Assembly (NCBI GenBank): GCA_965220745.1
Contig: CBDCQT010000013.1
Coordinates: 512,001-576,000 of the forward strand
DNA from: Alphaproteobacteria bacterium
GTDB taxonomy: Bacteria; Pseudomonadota; Alphaproteobacteria; UBA828
Length of the DNA: 64,000 bases
Direction of reading: 5' to 3'
The stretch's first letter is position 1. Each line of letters opens with the position of its first letter. Made by a program: the position numbers and the translations under genes. Shown piece by piece: positions 1-9,354 of this stretch. The notes beneath the pieces were generated by a model. It did not search any database and was not told the origin of the DNA. It saw nothing but the letters and a program-made list of their open reading frames with translations.

Positions 1-2
1 TC

Positions 3-1187
3 GCCGCCATCAAGAAGGGGGCTTATGAATTCATCGAGAAGCCGCTCGACAGCGATCGGCTGCTCATTACGGTCGCGCGTGCGCTTGAAGCAGCCGAATT
101 GAGGCGGGAGGTCGCCGAGCTGAAGTTGCGCGCCGGCGAGACGACGGAGCTGATCGGTTCCTCGCCGGCAATCAAACAAATTCGAACGGTTGCGGAGCGC
201 GCGGCGCCGACCGACAGACGAGTCTTCATTACCGGCCCTGCCGGGGCTGGAAAGGAGGTGCTCGCGCGCCTGATCCACAGTCGCTCGCGCCGCTCGTCAG
301 GGCCGTTTGTTGTGGCCAACGCAGCGATGATGAGGCCCGACCGCGTGGAACTGGAGCTGTTCGGCAGCGAGGGAAACGGGGTTGCCGCTGCCGATTCACG
401 CAAGATTGGCACGTTCGAGCGCGCCCACCGCGGCACGCTCTTCTTCGATGAGATCGCCGACATGCCCCTTGAAACTCAGGGCAAGATTGCGCGTGCCCTG
501 CAGGCGCACACGTTCGAGCGGGAAGGTGGCTCGCAGCGGATCGAGGTCGATATCCGCGTGATGGCGGCGACGACGCGGGACATGGAGAACGAGATAGAGC
601 TGGGGCGCTTTCGTGAAGACCTCTACTACCGATTATTGGTCACGCCCATCGAGGTGCCGGCGCTCCGAGACCGCCGGGAGGATATTCCCGAGTTGGCAAA
701 CTTCTTCATTCGTCAGGCGGCAGACAGTGCCGGGGTGTCACCGCGCGAGATTGGTAGCGACGGGGTCGCAATGCTGCAGTCGTTCGACTGGCCGGGCAAT
801 GTGCGTCAGCTCCGCAACTTCGTGGAATGGCTACTCATCATGGCACCGATGCCCGCCAACGGGCCGATTGGCGCGGAGATGATCCGGGCAGCCCTCAGGC
901 CAAGGCCTGGGGCGGCGCAGGCGCTCTCAAGCCAGGGCGACCTGATGGCGCTATCTTTGCGCGACGCCCGACGGCAGTTCGAGCGAAACTATCTACACGC
1001 TCAAATCAAACGATTCGGCGGCAATATCTCGCGCACCGCTCAGTTCGTCGGCATGGAGCGCTCGGCGCTGCATCGCAAGCTGCGTTCGCTGGGAGTGCTG
1101 GACCGAGAGTACGATGCGCACGGGGGAGACGGGAAGGGAGGTGCGGAGACGAGCCCCGCCAGCACCGACAAGCCGAACAGCCCATGA
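3..1187 (+). CDS. ntrX: NtrX-type response regulator (AAA+ and Fis HTH), 5'-truncated by the window edge
   Basis: Frame open from position 3 (receiver tail AAIKKGAYEFIEKP); Walker A GPAGAGKE, FFDEIADMP, WPGNVRQL, HTH GGNISRTAQFVGMERSALHRKL; no GAFTGA, typical of NtrX; directly upstream of trkA. Confidence 0.9.
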   Translation, partial: AAIKKGAYEFIEKPLDSDRLLITVARALEAAELRREVAELKLRAGETTELIGSSPAIKQIRTVAERAAPTDRRVFITGPAGAGKEVLARLIHSRSRRSSGPFVVANAAMMRPDRVELELFGSEGNGVAAADSRKIGTFERAHRGTLFFDEIADMPLETQGKIARALQAHTFEREGGSQRIEVDIRVMAATTRDMENEIELGRFREDLYYRLLVTPIEVPALRDRREDIPELANFFIRQAADSAGVSPREIGSDGVAMLQSFDWPGNVRQLRNFVEWLLIMAPMPANGPIGAEMIRAALRPRPGAAQALSSQGDLMALSLRDARRQFERNYLHAQIKRFGGNISRTAQFVGMERSALHRKLRSLGVLDREYDAHGGDGKGGAETSPASTDKPNSP

Positions 1188-2560
1188 AGGTCATCGTCTG
1201 CGGCGCCGGCCAGGTCGGCGCCAACATCGCGCGCCAGCTTGCCAACGAGGCGAACGACGTGACCGTGATCGACAGCGACCGGGCGGTCGTGCAGCGCTTG
1301 TCCGACACGGTGGACGCGCGGGCAATCGTCGGCAACGCATCGCTTCCTGACGTGCTCGAAGAGGCAGATGCCAAGACCGCCGAGATGATCGTCGCCGTGA
1401 CCCACTCGGACGAGGTCAACATGGTGGCCTGCCAGGTTGCCCATTCCCTCTTCGACGTGCCCGAAAAGATCGCGCGAGTGAGGCAACAGAGCTACCTGAA
1501 CCCGGCCTGGGCCGAGCTCTACAGCCGCGACCATATGCCGATCGACCTGATCATCTCGCCCGAGATCGAGGTCGCCCGTGCCATCGAGCGCCGACTCCAG
1601 GTGCCGGGCGCCCTCGACATGCTGCCGTTCGGCGGCGGGCGTTTGCGCGTTATTGCGGTGCGCTGCGAGGAAGGCTGTCCCATCATCAATACACCGCTCC
1701 GCCAGCTCACCGAGCTCTTTCCCGAACTCAACATCATGGTGCTTGCGATCAGCCGGGATTCCCGCCTCATTGTGCCGCGCGGCGACGACCAGATGCTTAT
1801 CGGGGACGAAGTCTATTTCGCGGTCGACGCTGAGCACGTAGCGCGCGGCATGGCCGTCTTCGGGCACGAGGAGCCGGAGGCGCGCCGGGTCGTGATCATT
1901 GGTGGCGGCAACATCGGCTACTTCCTGACGCAGGAGCTGGAGGAGACTCATCCAGGACTGGACGTAAAGATTGTCGAGTTGCTGCCGGAGCGCGCGCGCT
2001 ACCTGGCCGAGCGCCTCACACGGGCCACCATCATCGGCGGCGATGCGCTGGACCCCGAGATTTTCATCGAGATCAATATCGGACTCGCCGAGGCGGTGAT
2101 CGCGGTCTCCAACGACGACGAAGTGAACATCCTGGCGGCGCTGTTGGCGAAGCGCGCCGGCTGCAGAACCGCAATCTCGCTTGTCAACAATTCGAGTTAT
2201 GGGCCGCTGATGGGGAGCCTCGGTGTCGACGTTGCGGTAAGTCCACGCGAGTCGACGGTCTCGACCATCCTGCAGCGCATCCGACGCGGCCGTATTTTGG
2301 CCGTGCATTCGATCCGGGACGGCGCCGCCGAAATCATCGAGGCCGAAGCTCTCGGAACGTCGCCCATCGTCGGCCAACCGCTCATGGAGACCAAGCTGCC
2401 CACCGGCATCATCGTCGGCGCGATCGTGCGCGGCGACGAGGTCATCATTCCGCGCCCGCAAACGGTCGTTCAGGAGCATGACCGGGTCGTGATGCTGGCT
2501 GCGGCGCGCGCGGTAAAGAAGATCGAGCAGATGTTCGCCGTGCGCCTGGAGTTCTTCTGA
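1184..2560 (+). CDS. trkA: Trk potassium uptake NAD-binding subunit
   Basis: MKVIVCGAGQVG and second RCK GGGNIG; ATG overlaps ntrX stop (ATGA). Confidence 0.95.
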   Translation: MKVIVCGAGQVGANIARQLANEANDVTVIDSDRAVVQRLSDTVDARAIVGNASLPDVLEEADAKTAEMIVAVTHSDEVNMVACQVAHSLFDVPEKIARVRQQSYLNPAWAELYSRDHMPIDLIISPEIEVARAIERRLQVPGALDMLPFGGGRLRVIAVRCEEGCPIINTPLRQLTELFPELNIMVLAISRDSRLIVPRGDDQMLIGDEVYFAVDAEHVARGMAVFGHEEPEARRVVIIGGGNIGYFLTQELEETHPGLDVKIVELLPERARYLAERLTRATIIGGDALDPEIFIEINIGLAEAVIAVSNDDEVNILAALLAKRAGCRTAISLVNNSSYGPLMGSLGVDVAVSPRESTVSTILQRIRRGRILAVHSIRDGAAEIIEAEALGTSPIVGQPLMETKLPTGIIVGAIVRGDEVIIPRPQTVVQEHDRVVMLAAARAVKKIEQMFAVRLEFF

Positions 2561-2572
2561 CCGGAGGCCTGC

Positions 2573-3436
2573 ATGTCCCGCATCGCTTACGTGAACGGCC
2601 GCTACATGCGGCACGACCTGGCGCACGTCCATGTCGAGGACCGGGGATATCAGTTCTCGGATGGGGTCTATGAGGTCGCTGCGGTCTTCGGCGGCCGGGT
2701 GATCGACGAGGAGCCGCACCTGGATCGGCTGGAGCGTTCGCTTCACGAGCTGAAGATGGACCTGCCAATCCCGCGCAACGCGCTCAAGCTGGTGACCCGC
2801 GAGGTGCTGCGCCGCAATCGGGTGAAGGACGGCATGGTCTACGTGCAGGTCACGCGCGGCGCGGCGGCGCGGGATCATCCTTTCCCGGAGGACGCTGAGG
2901 GCGCCGTCGTTCTCACCGCGCGTTCGGTTCAATGGCCCGAGACCGCGGAGGCAGATCGCGGTGCGGAGGTCGTCTCGATTCCGGACGGGCGCTGGGGCCG
3001 CTGCGACGTCAAGTCGGTCTCCCTGCTTCCCAACGTGCTGGCCAAGCAGGAGGCGCGCGAGCAGGGTGCCTACGAGGCCTGGTTCATCGACCCGCAAGGT
3101 CGGGTCACTGAGGGATCTTCGACCAACGCCTGGATCGTCGACGCCGCCGGACGCGTGGTGACTCGCGACCTCGAATCGAACATCCTCGGTGGCATCACCC
3201 GCCAGACGGTGCTCCGACTGGCTCGCGAGGCAGGGATCGAGGTCGACGAACGTCCGTTCACGCTGGCCGAGGCGCAGGCCGCGCCCGAGGCCTTCCTCAC
3301 CAGCACCACGTCCTTCGTCCGGGCCATCGTTCGCATCGACGGTCAGCCGGTCGGCACCGGAGAGCCGGGGCCGGTGACCCTGCGGCTGCGCGATCTCTAT
3401 CTCACCTATTGCCGCGGCGGGCTCGCCAACCAGTGA
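2573..3436 (+). CDS. dat: D-amino-acid aminotransferase (PLP fold IV)
   Basis: EDRGYQFSDGVYEV, RCDVKSVSLL, TEGSSTN, ILGGITR. Confidence 0.88.
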   Translation: MSRIAYVNGRYMRHDLAHVHVEDRGYQFSDGVYEVAAVFGGRVIDEEPHLDRLERSLHELKMDLPIPRNALKLVTREVLRRNRVKDGMVYVQVTRGAAARDHPFPEDAEGAVVLTARSVQWPETAEADRGAEVVSIPDGRWGRCDVKSVSLLPNVLAKQEAREQGAYEAWFIDPQGRVTEGSSTNAWIVDAAGRVVTRDLESNILGGITRQTVLRLAREAGIEVDERPFTLAEAQAAPEAFLTSTTSFVRAIVRIDGQPVGTGEPGPVTLRLRDLYLTYCRGGLANQ

Positions 3437-4095
3437 GGCTGACGAGGCCGCGCGCCGTCCTGTTCGACTGGGACAACACGTTGGTCGAGAGCTGGGACAT
3501 CATTCACGAGAGTCTGCGGCATACCTTCCTCGACCTGGGGCGCGATCCCTGGAGCTTCGATCAGACCAAGGCCTGGGTGCGGCGCTCCATGCGGGATTCG
3601 TTCCCCGACCTCTTCGGAGCCGACGCGGTGCGGGCCGAACACTCGTTCTACCGGCATTACCGGGCGCACCACCTGCATCGGCTGACCCCACTCACCGGCG
3701 CCGCGGCCACGCTGGTCGCGCTTCACCGCGATGGTCTGCCTCTCGGGGTGGTCAGCAGCAAGCAGGGCAACCTGGTCCGGGAGGAAGCGGAACATTTGGG
3801 CTGGAGCGGCTATTTCGGGCGCATCGTCGGCGCTGACGATGGGCCGGTGGACAAGCCCGCGCCGGAAGCCGTGACTCTGGCACTCGACAGCTCCGAGATT
3901 ACTCCCGGCCCGGACGTTTGGTATGTCGGCGACACGGGAATTGACGTGACCTGCGCCCGAAATTCGGGCTGCGCCGCAGTGATCGTCAGTGCCGATCCGC
4001 CCCGCGATGGCGACTACCCGCGCGTGCCGGATCATCAGGTCGCCGATCACGCGGGGTTGCATGACTTCTTGCGGGCGCACGGAATCACCATATAG
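3433..4095 (+). CDS. HAD-family hydrolase (phosphoglycolate phosphatase-like)
   Basis: LFDWDNTL motif I, KPAP, VGDTGID; GTG overlaps dat stop. Confidence 0.85.
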   Translation: MRLTRPRAVLFDWDNTLVESWDIIHESLRHTFLDLGRDPWSFDQTKAWVRRSMRDSFPDLFGADAVRAEHSFYRHYRAHHLHRLTPLTGAAATLVALHRDGLPLGVVSSKQGNLVREEAEHLGWSGYFGRIVGADDGPVDKPAPEAVTLALDSSEITPGPDVWYVGDTGIDVTCARNSGCAAVIVSADPPRDGDYPRVPDHQVADHAGLHDFLRAHGITI

Positions 4096-4173
4096 TCAAC
4101 AGTGGCATGCTTGCATGAGCATGCCAGGCGCCCGGCCCCTCGGAGGCGGGGGCAGGCAAGGATAGAGAAACAC

Positions 4174-4434
4174 ATGACTGGCAAGGGATCTCACAGTCTC
4201 CAGGACGTCTTCCTCAATCACGTCCGCAAAGGAAAAATGCCGGTCACGATCTTTCTCGTGAACGGTGTCAAGCTCCAGGGAATTATCACCTGGTTCGACA
4301 ATTTCTGTGTTTTGCTCAAACGCGATGACCATTCGCAGCTTGTCTACAAGCATGCGATTTCCACGGTCATGCCGGTTCAGCCGATCCAGTTGTTCGATCA
4401 GGGAGCCGAGCCGGCAGAGGAGGACGATACGTAA
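4174..4434 (+). CDS. hfq: RNA chaperone Hfq
   Basis: [35 protein letters not shown]. Confidence 0.97.
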   Translation: MTGKGSHSLQDVFLNHVRKGKMPVTIFLVNGVKLQGIITWFDNFCVLLKRDDHSQLVYKHAISTVMPVQPIQLFDQGAEPAEEDDT

Positions 4435-5802
4435 GTGGCGAGCGTCAGCGTCCCGCGCGACGCTAATTCGCCACCGCGCACCTGCGTCCTGCATCCGGCG
4501 CTGGCTCGCCTGCCGGCGGCCGGGAACGCGTGCGAGCGCGCGCGGGAGCCCGAGAGTCGCCTCGCCGAGGCGGTGAGCCTTGCCCACGCCATCGATCTCG
4601 ATGTCGTGGAAGCTGACGTCGTGCCCGTGCAGAAGCCGCGGCCGGCCACCCTGTTCGGCCCCGGGCGCGTGGAGGCGGTGGCGGACGTCGTGGCCGCGCA
4701 CGACTTGGGTCTGGTCGTCGTGGATGGGGCGCTCACCCCGGTCCAGCAGCGCAATCTCGAACGCGCGTGGCACTGCAAGGTCATCGACCGCACCGCGCTC
4801 ATCCTCGAAATCTTCGCGGCGCGGGCCCACACCCGTGAGGGCCGGCTCCAGGTCGAACTCGCCGCCCTTCGCTACCAGCGGAGCCGCCTGGTGCGGTCCT
4901 GGACGCACCTGGAACGCCAGCGCGGCGGCCTTGGCTTCGTGGGCGGGCCGGGCGAAACGCAAATCGAGGCCGACCGGCGCCAGATTCGCGTCCGCATCGA
5001 CCGCCTGGAGCGCGCGCTCGACGGGGTCAAGCGTACACGCGGGCTGCATCGTGCCGCCCGCCAACGCGTCCCCTATCCCGTGATCGCCCTGGTCGGCTAC
5101 ACCAACGCCGGCAAGACCACGCTCTTCAACCGCCTTACCGGGGCCTCGGCGGTCGCGCGCGACCAGCTCTTCGCGACCCTCGATCCGACCATGCGCGGGG
5201 TCGTCCTGCCGTCGGGCCAGCGCGTCATCCTCTCCGACACCGTCGGCTTCGTCTCCGATCTGCCCCACGATCTGGTGGCAGCGTTCCGCGCGACCCTGGA
5301 GGAGGTGGTCGCCGCCGACCTCATCGTGCATGTCCGCGACTGCGCCCATGCGGACAGCGCTGAGCAACGCGCCGACGTGCTCCGGGTGCTGACCGAGCTC
5401 GGACTCGAAGATCGCCTCGATATGGGGGTCCTCGAGGTGCTCAACAAGCTCGACCTGCTCGAGGCGCGCCAGCGCGCCTGCCTCGCGGAGCGGGGAAGGG
5501 AAGGGGGCAACGGCGCCGACGGCCTCTCCGATCACCAGAGCGTCGTCGCGGCATCGGCGCTCACCGGCGAAGGGGTCGACGATCTGATCCGGGCGATCGA
5601 CGCCCGGCTGACGGCAGCGCGACGCATCGTCGAGGTGCGGGTGCCCTATGCCGACGGCGCGACTCTGGCCTGGCTCTATCGCCACGGCGAGGTCCTGGAG
5701 CATGCCGACGACGACGGCGAGGCCCGTCTCAGGGTCGGCCTCACGCCGGCGGACGCCGGCCGGCTGGAGCGACGCCCCGGCATCTCGCTTGCGGCCCGCT
5801 GA
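4435..5802 (+). CDS. hflX: Ribosome-splitting GTPase HflX
   Basis: GPGETQIEADRR, GYTNAGKTT, LFATLDPT, DTVGF, NKLD; follows hfq. Confidence 0.95.
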   Translation: MASVSVPRDANSPPRTCVLHPALARLPAAGNACERAREPESRLAEAVSLAHAIDLDVVEADVVPVQKPRPATLFGPGRVEAVADVVAAHDLGLVVVDGALTPVQQRNLERAWHCKVIDRTALILEIFAARAHTREGRLQVELAALRYQRSRLVRSWTHLERQRGGLGFVGGPGETQIEADRRQIRVRIDRLERALDGVKRTRGLHRAARQRVPYPVIALVGYTNAGKTTLFNRLTGASAVARDQLFATLDPTMRGVVLPSGQRVILSDTVGFVSDLPHDLVAAFRATLEEVVAADLIVHVRDCAHADSAEQRADVLRVLTELGLEDRLDMGVLEVLNKLDLLEARQRACLAERGREGGNGADGLSDHQSVVAASALTGEGVDDLIRAIDARLTAARRIVEVRVPYADGATLAWLYRHGEVLEHADDDGEARLRVGLTPADAGRLERRPGISLAAR

Positions 5803-5832
5803 TTTCTCCACGGCCACGCTTGATTCGCTGAT

Positions 5833-5860
5833 AATTTACATAACGTATAATCGAAGTATT
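5833..5860 (-). other. Degenerate dif-like (Xer) site
   Basis: Minus strand AATACTTCGAT-TATACG-TTATGTAAATT: good XerD arm, poor XerC arm; in an AT-rich patch after hflX. Confidence 0.4.
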
Positions 5861-6065
5861 ATCTTTTATCTGACTGTATCTTATACGTTTTCCCTCACTC
5901 AACGATCCTCCGGCCAAGCAGAGGGGAATGCGCGAGGATGCTCGGCATCCACGCGTTGCGCGCGTCCGAAAGGGCCTCAGAGACCAACATTTGGTATGGG
6001 ATGAACGAAGAACAATTGGGAAACTGCGGCTCACGTATAGGCCCCCTTGTCGGCCCGGCTTGCTG

Positions 6066-6093
6066 TTGACACCGCCGCGCCGTCTCCCTATTA
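6066..6093 (+). promoter_or_regulatory. groESL promoter (RpoH/RpoD-type)
   Basis: TTGACA at 6066 and CCCTATTA at about 6086-6093, directly upstream of CIRCE. Confidence 0.6.
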
Positions 6094-6097
6094 AGCC

Positions 6098-6124
6098 TTA
6101 GCACTCGCCACGCGAGAGCGCTAA
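6098..6124 (+). promoter_or_regulatory. CIRCE element (HrcA operator)
   Basis: TTAGCACTC-N9-GAGCGCTAA, one mismatch to TTAGCACTC-N9-GAGTGCTAA, upstream of groES. Confidence 0.92.
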
Positions 6125-6182
6125 CAAGCGCTCGCAGCGGAACACTGGCGGAGTTGAACACGGTCACGTCTTGGAGGGCGGC

Positions 6183-6470
6183 ATGAACATCAGGCCTTTG
6201 CACGATCGCGTGCTGGTGCGGCGGATCGAGCAGGATCAGACGACGGCGGGCGGCATCATCATTCCCGACACCGCCCAGGAGAAACCGCAGGAAGGCGAAG
6301 TCGTCGCCGCAGGTCCCGGCGAGCGCGGAGAGGACGGCAGGCTCACCCCCCTCGATGTCAAGGCGGGCGACCGCATCCTGTTCGGCAAGTGGTCGGGCAC
6401 CGAAGTCAAGGTCGACGGCGAGGAGCTGTTGATCATGAAGGAGTCCGACATCATGGGCGTGATCGAGTAG
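6183..6470 (+). CDS. groES: Co-chaperonin GroES
   Basis: [32 protein letters not shown]; GGAGG RBS. Confidence 0.97.
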   Translation: MNIRPLHDRVLVRRIEQDQTTAGGIIIPDTAQEKPQEGEVVAAGPGERGEDGRLTPLDVKAGDRILFGKWSGTEVKVDGEELLIMKESDIMGVIE

Positions 6471-6515
6471 CGCGGCACCCTCCCGCACAAGCATCGAAAT
6501 CTGGAGCGTTCGGCG

Positions 6516-8204
6516 ATGGCCAAGAAAGAAATCCACCAAGCCGAGGAGGCCCGCGAGCGCCTTCTCGAAGGTGTCGACATCCTCACCGACGCCGTATCGG
6601 TCACGCTCGGCCCGAAGGGCCGCACCGTGGTCTATCAGACGGCGGGCGGCGACGGGCGGATCACGAAGGACGGCGTGACCGTCGCCAAGGAGATCGAGCT
6701 CGAGGATCGGCTCCAGGACATGGGCGCCCGGCTCGTCCGCGAGGCCGCGACTCACACCGAGAAATCCGCCGGCGATGGCACCACCACCGCGACCATCCTC
6801 GCTCGTGCGCTCGCACGCGAGGGCGCCAAGGCGGTTGCGGCGGGCATGAACCCGATGGACCTGCGCCGCGGCATCGACCGCGCCGTCGATGCGGTGGTCG
6901 AAGAGATCGGCAAGAAGTCCAAGCGAGTGAAGACCCGTGAGGAGATCACGCAGGTGGCGACCGTCGCCGCCAACAATGACCCGGTGGTGGGCGACATGAT
7001 CTCGCAGGCCATGGAAGAGGTGGGCGAGCGCGGCGTCATCACCATCGAGGAAGCAGCCGGCATCGACACTGAGCTCGATGTCGTCGAGGGCATGAACTTC
7101 GACAAGGGCTACGTGTCGCCCTATTTCGTGACCAATGCCGAGCGCATGACGGTGGAACTCGACGACGCCTACGTCCTGGTGCACCAGGAAAAGCTCACCA
7201 GCATGCAGGAGCTGCTGCCGGTGTTGGAGAAAGTGGGTCAGACCGGCAAGCCGCTCGCGATCATCGCCGAAGACGTGGACGGCGAGGCGCTGGCGACCCT
7301 GGTGGTCAACCGGCTGCGCGGCGGCCTCAAGGCTGCGGCGGCCAAGGCACCGGCCTTCGGCGACCGGCGCAAGGCCATGCTCGAGGATATCGCCGTGCTC
7401 ACCGGCGGCACCGTGGTCAACAAAGAGCAGGGCATCAAGCTGGAGAGCATCACGCTCGACCAACTCGGCACGGCCAAGCGGGTCGAGATGAGCAAGGACG
7501 AGACCGTGATCGTCGGCGGGGGCGGCACCAAGAAGGCCATCAACGAACGCTGCCAGCAGCTCCGCACCGAGATCGAGACCACCGATTCCGAATACGACCA
7601 GGAGCGCTTCGAGGAGCGGCTCGCCAAGCTGGTCGGCGGGGTCGCCATTCTCAGGGTCGGCGGCGATAGCGAAATCGAGGTCAAGGAGAAGAAGGAGCTC
7701 GTCGAAGACGCCATGCGCGCCACGCGCGCGGCGGTAGAGGAGGGCGTCGTCGCCGGCGGCGGCGTAGCGCTGCTCGCGGCCTCGCGCAAGCTCGACAAGC
7801 TGCAGGGGGACAATGCCGACCAGGATCGCGGTATCGCTATCGTGCGGAGCGCGATCCGCACGCCCACCCGCCATATCGCGGAGAACGCCGGCGCCGACGG
7901 CTCGCTCGTGGTGGGAACGCTGCTCGACGGTCGCGGCGCGACCCGGGGGTTCGACGCCCAGGAGGGCCAGTACTGCGACATGATCGAGGCCGGCATTCTG
8001 GATCCGGCCAAGGTCGTGCGCACCGCGCTTCAGGACGCCGCGTCCATCGCCGGACTTCTGATCATGACCGAGGCCGGCATCGCCGAGATTCCCGAGGCGC
8101 CACCGCCGATGCCGCCGGGCGGCGGCGGCATGCACGGAATGGGAGGCATGGGCGGTATGGGCGGTATGGGTGGCATGCCCGGTATGGGTGGCATGGGCAT
8201 GTAA
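6516..8204 (+). CDS. groEL: Chaperonin GroEL (divergent paralog)
   Basis: [34 protein letters not shown]-terminal GGM repeats. Confidence 0.95.
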   Translation: MAKKEIHQAEEARERLLEGVDILTDAVSVTLGPKGRTVVYQTAGGDGRITKDGVTVAKEIELEDRLQDMGARLVREAATHTEKSAGDGTTTATILARALAREGAKAVAAGMNPMDLRRGIDRAVDAVVEEIGKKSKRVKTREEITQVATVAANNDPVVGDMISQAMEEVGERGVITIEEAAGIDTELDVVEGMNFDKGYVSPYFVTNAERMTVELDDAYVLVHQEKLTSMQELLPVLEKVGQTGKPLAIIAEDVDGEALATLVVNRLRGGLKAAAAKAPAFGDRRKAMLEDIAVLTGGTVVNKEQGIKLESITLDQLGTAKRVEMSKDETVIVGGGGTKKAINERCQQLRTEIETTDSEYDQERFEERLAKLVGGVAILRVGGDSEIEVKEKKELVEDAMRATRAAVEEGVVAGGGVALLAASRKLDKLQGDNADQDRGIAIVRSAIRTPTRHIAENAGADGSLVVGTLLDGRGATRGFDAQEGQYCDMIEAGILDPAKVVRTALQDAASIAGLLIMTEAGIAEIPEAPPPMPPGGGGMHGMGGMGGMGGMGGMPGMGGMGM

Positions 8205-8232
8205 GTCCGTTCGTTCCATTGCACGTAATCGG

Positions 8233-8258
8233 GAAGGGGGCCGCATGGCCCCCTTCTT
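8233..8258 (+). terminator. Intrinsic terminator-like hairpin after groEL
   Basis: GAAGGGGGCC-GCAT-GGCCCCCTTC followed by TT. Confidence 0.7.
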
Positions 8259-8402
8259 CGTGCCGTGTGTTCCGTTTGCATCGCTCTCCGTGCGGGTGTC
8301 TGGGACAAGCAAGCAAAATTTGAGGCGGGACTCGCCGGGATTAAGCGGGATGGGAGGGATGCTGCGGCAGACACGGCGGGTACCTTCCATGACCGCGTCG
8401 CC

Positions 8403-8442
8403 AACGATGGCGCCGATTGTGGAACGATGGCGCCGATTGTGG
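8403..8442. repeat. Perfect 20-bp tandem duplication
   Basis: AACGATGGCGCCGATTGTGG x2. Confidence 0.9.
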
Positions 8443-8603
8443 AAAAAAGCCGCCCGCGAGACGAGCACCCGCTCACCCTGTTCCCGCATGCCTCGACTTT
8501 CGTTTTCTTGCGCTTCATGGCGCGATGCTGCCGCCAGCCGCACGCGCCGTACACCGCACTATGGTCCGGGGCACGCGGAACATAGAATCACCGGTCTGGA
8601 GCG

Positions 8604-8717
8604 CCCCTCCTCACCCCGGCCCTCTCCTCCCCGCGGGGGAGGAGAGGGAGAGTTAGCCGGCGCCACCTACGTCCCCTCTCCGCCCTTTCAGGGGGGAGAG
8701 GGACAGGGAGAGGTGGG
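8604..8717. repeat. REP-like palindromic doublet (CCCTCTCC...GGAGAGGG type)
   Basis: Hairpins at 8620-8648 (CCCTCTCCTCCCC/GGGGAGGAGAGGG) and 8671-8704, with inverted CCTCACCCC / GGGAGAGGTGGG tails; resembles common alphaproteobacterial intergenic repeats. Confidence 0.7.
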
Positions 8718-8966
8718 TGTGTGTGCTGGCGCCAGGCAATTGATGAAATGAATAGACGGCGGGGAGGGCGGGTCGAGGTGGAGTGTGCACGCCCGAGTCG
8801 CGGAAGCCCGTAGTGCGAGAAGGGTTGCGAGAGCCTCAAAGCTCCCGCGCGCCAAGATGAGATGTGGGGGCATAGCCGGCGAGCGCCTTACTTAAGGGGC
8901 GCTGACGACATTATGGGCTAACCCGCACGTTTTGCGCCATTTTGCGCCTACCCCAAAGCTTTGGGC

Positions 8967-8995
8967 TTGGAGCCTGTAGCGCTGGATGATATAGT
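8967..8995 (+). promoter_or_regulatory. Putative sigma70 promoter for the GIY-YIG micro-gene
   Basis: TTGGAG-N17-TATAGT; palindrome CCCAAAGCTTTGGG (8952-8965) just upstream. Confidence 0.55.
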
Positions 8996-9008
8996 GTGTC
9001 TGACTAGT

Positions 9009-9087
9009 GCGGTGAGCCTCGTGGAGGAGGCTCACCGCGTGCCCCGCGAAGCTTTATGGGCCGCTGCGGGACGGCGCCTAAAGGCAC
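9009..9087 (-). ncRNA. Putative cis-antisense small RNA opposite the structured leader
   Basis: Lies downstream of a minus-strand promoter-like element; covers the 12-bp perfect hairpin at 9009-9038 and the second stem at 9039-9087; inferred, ends uncertain. Confidence 0.35.
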
Positions 9088-9098
9088 CAATATCATAG
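9039..9098 (+). CDS. Putative 19-aa leader peptide (uORF) MPREALWAAAGRRLKAPIS
   Basis: GTG preceded at 8 nt by GGAGGAGG (9023-9030), which lies in the loop and 3' arm of the leader hairpin. Confidence 0.3.
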   Translation: MPREALWAAAGRRLKAPIS

Positions 9099-9120
9099 CG
9101 TCGGCGTCAGGCGGCCTCAA
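9092..9120 (-). promoter_or_regulatory. Putative antisense sigma70 promoter
   Basis: Minus strand TTGAGG (9120-9115)-N17-TATGAT (9097-9092), convergent with the promoter at 8967. Confidence 0.5.
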
Positions 9121-9142
9121 CCTCGGAAGAGAGGAGGACGCG

Positions 9143-9340
9143 ATGGCGCGCGAGCCACGCAACACCTACAAGTACCGGTATTGGTATCGCGGCAGAGTGG
9201 TTCACCACGGTATTACCAACGACCTTGAGCGCCGTGAGAGGGAGCACCAGCGGAGATGGCCTGGTGGCCAAATCCAGCAAGTAGGTCTCAAGACCACGAG
9301 AAGTGCGGCTGAAGAGTGGGAAAGGCAACGAGGCTATTAG
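9143..9340 (+). CDS. Minimal 65-aa GIY-YIG-like nuclease-fold protein
   Basis: TYKY...VVHHGITNDLERREREH...AAEEWE follows the GIY...YIG-T-x-D-L-x-x-R-x-x-x-H...E pattern; strong GAGGAGG RBS. Confidence 0.7.
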   Translation: MAREPRNTYKYRYWYRGRVVHHGITNDLERREREHQRRWPGGQIQQVGLKTTRSAAEEWERQRGY

Positions 9341-9354
9341 ACCACCGTACCGTG

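Noticed and set aside
3-1187. Missing GAFTGA motif as a novelty
   Set aside because: A known property of NtrX proteins.
5833-5860. Candidate for the primary chromosomal dif
   Set aside because: Poor XerC arm, and KOPS-like motifs continue to point rightwards past it to 10538.
8129-8201. GGCATGGGC-type tandem repeats
   Set aside because: They encode the normal GGM tail of GroEL.
8403-8442. Possible CRISPR repeat
   Set aside because: Only two abutting copies, with no spacer and no cas genes.
1040-8543. Long antisense ORFs (1040-3097, 4096-5817, 5895-8543) and similar ones such as 24454-26532, 33068-35218 and the 5' part of 57134-60112
   Set aside because: Shadow frames of well-supported genes in high-GC DNA; no recognisable motifs.
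9056-9142. Longer 94-aa start for the GIY-YIG ORF
   Set aside because: No well-spaced RBS at 9056, whereas 9143 has GAGGAGG and begins the domain-like sequence.
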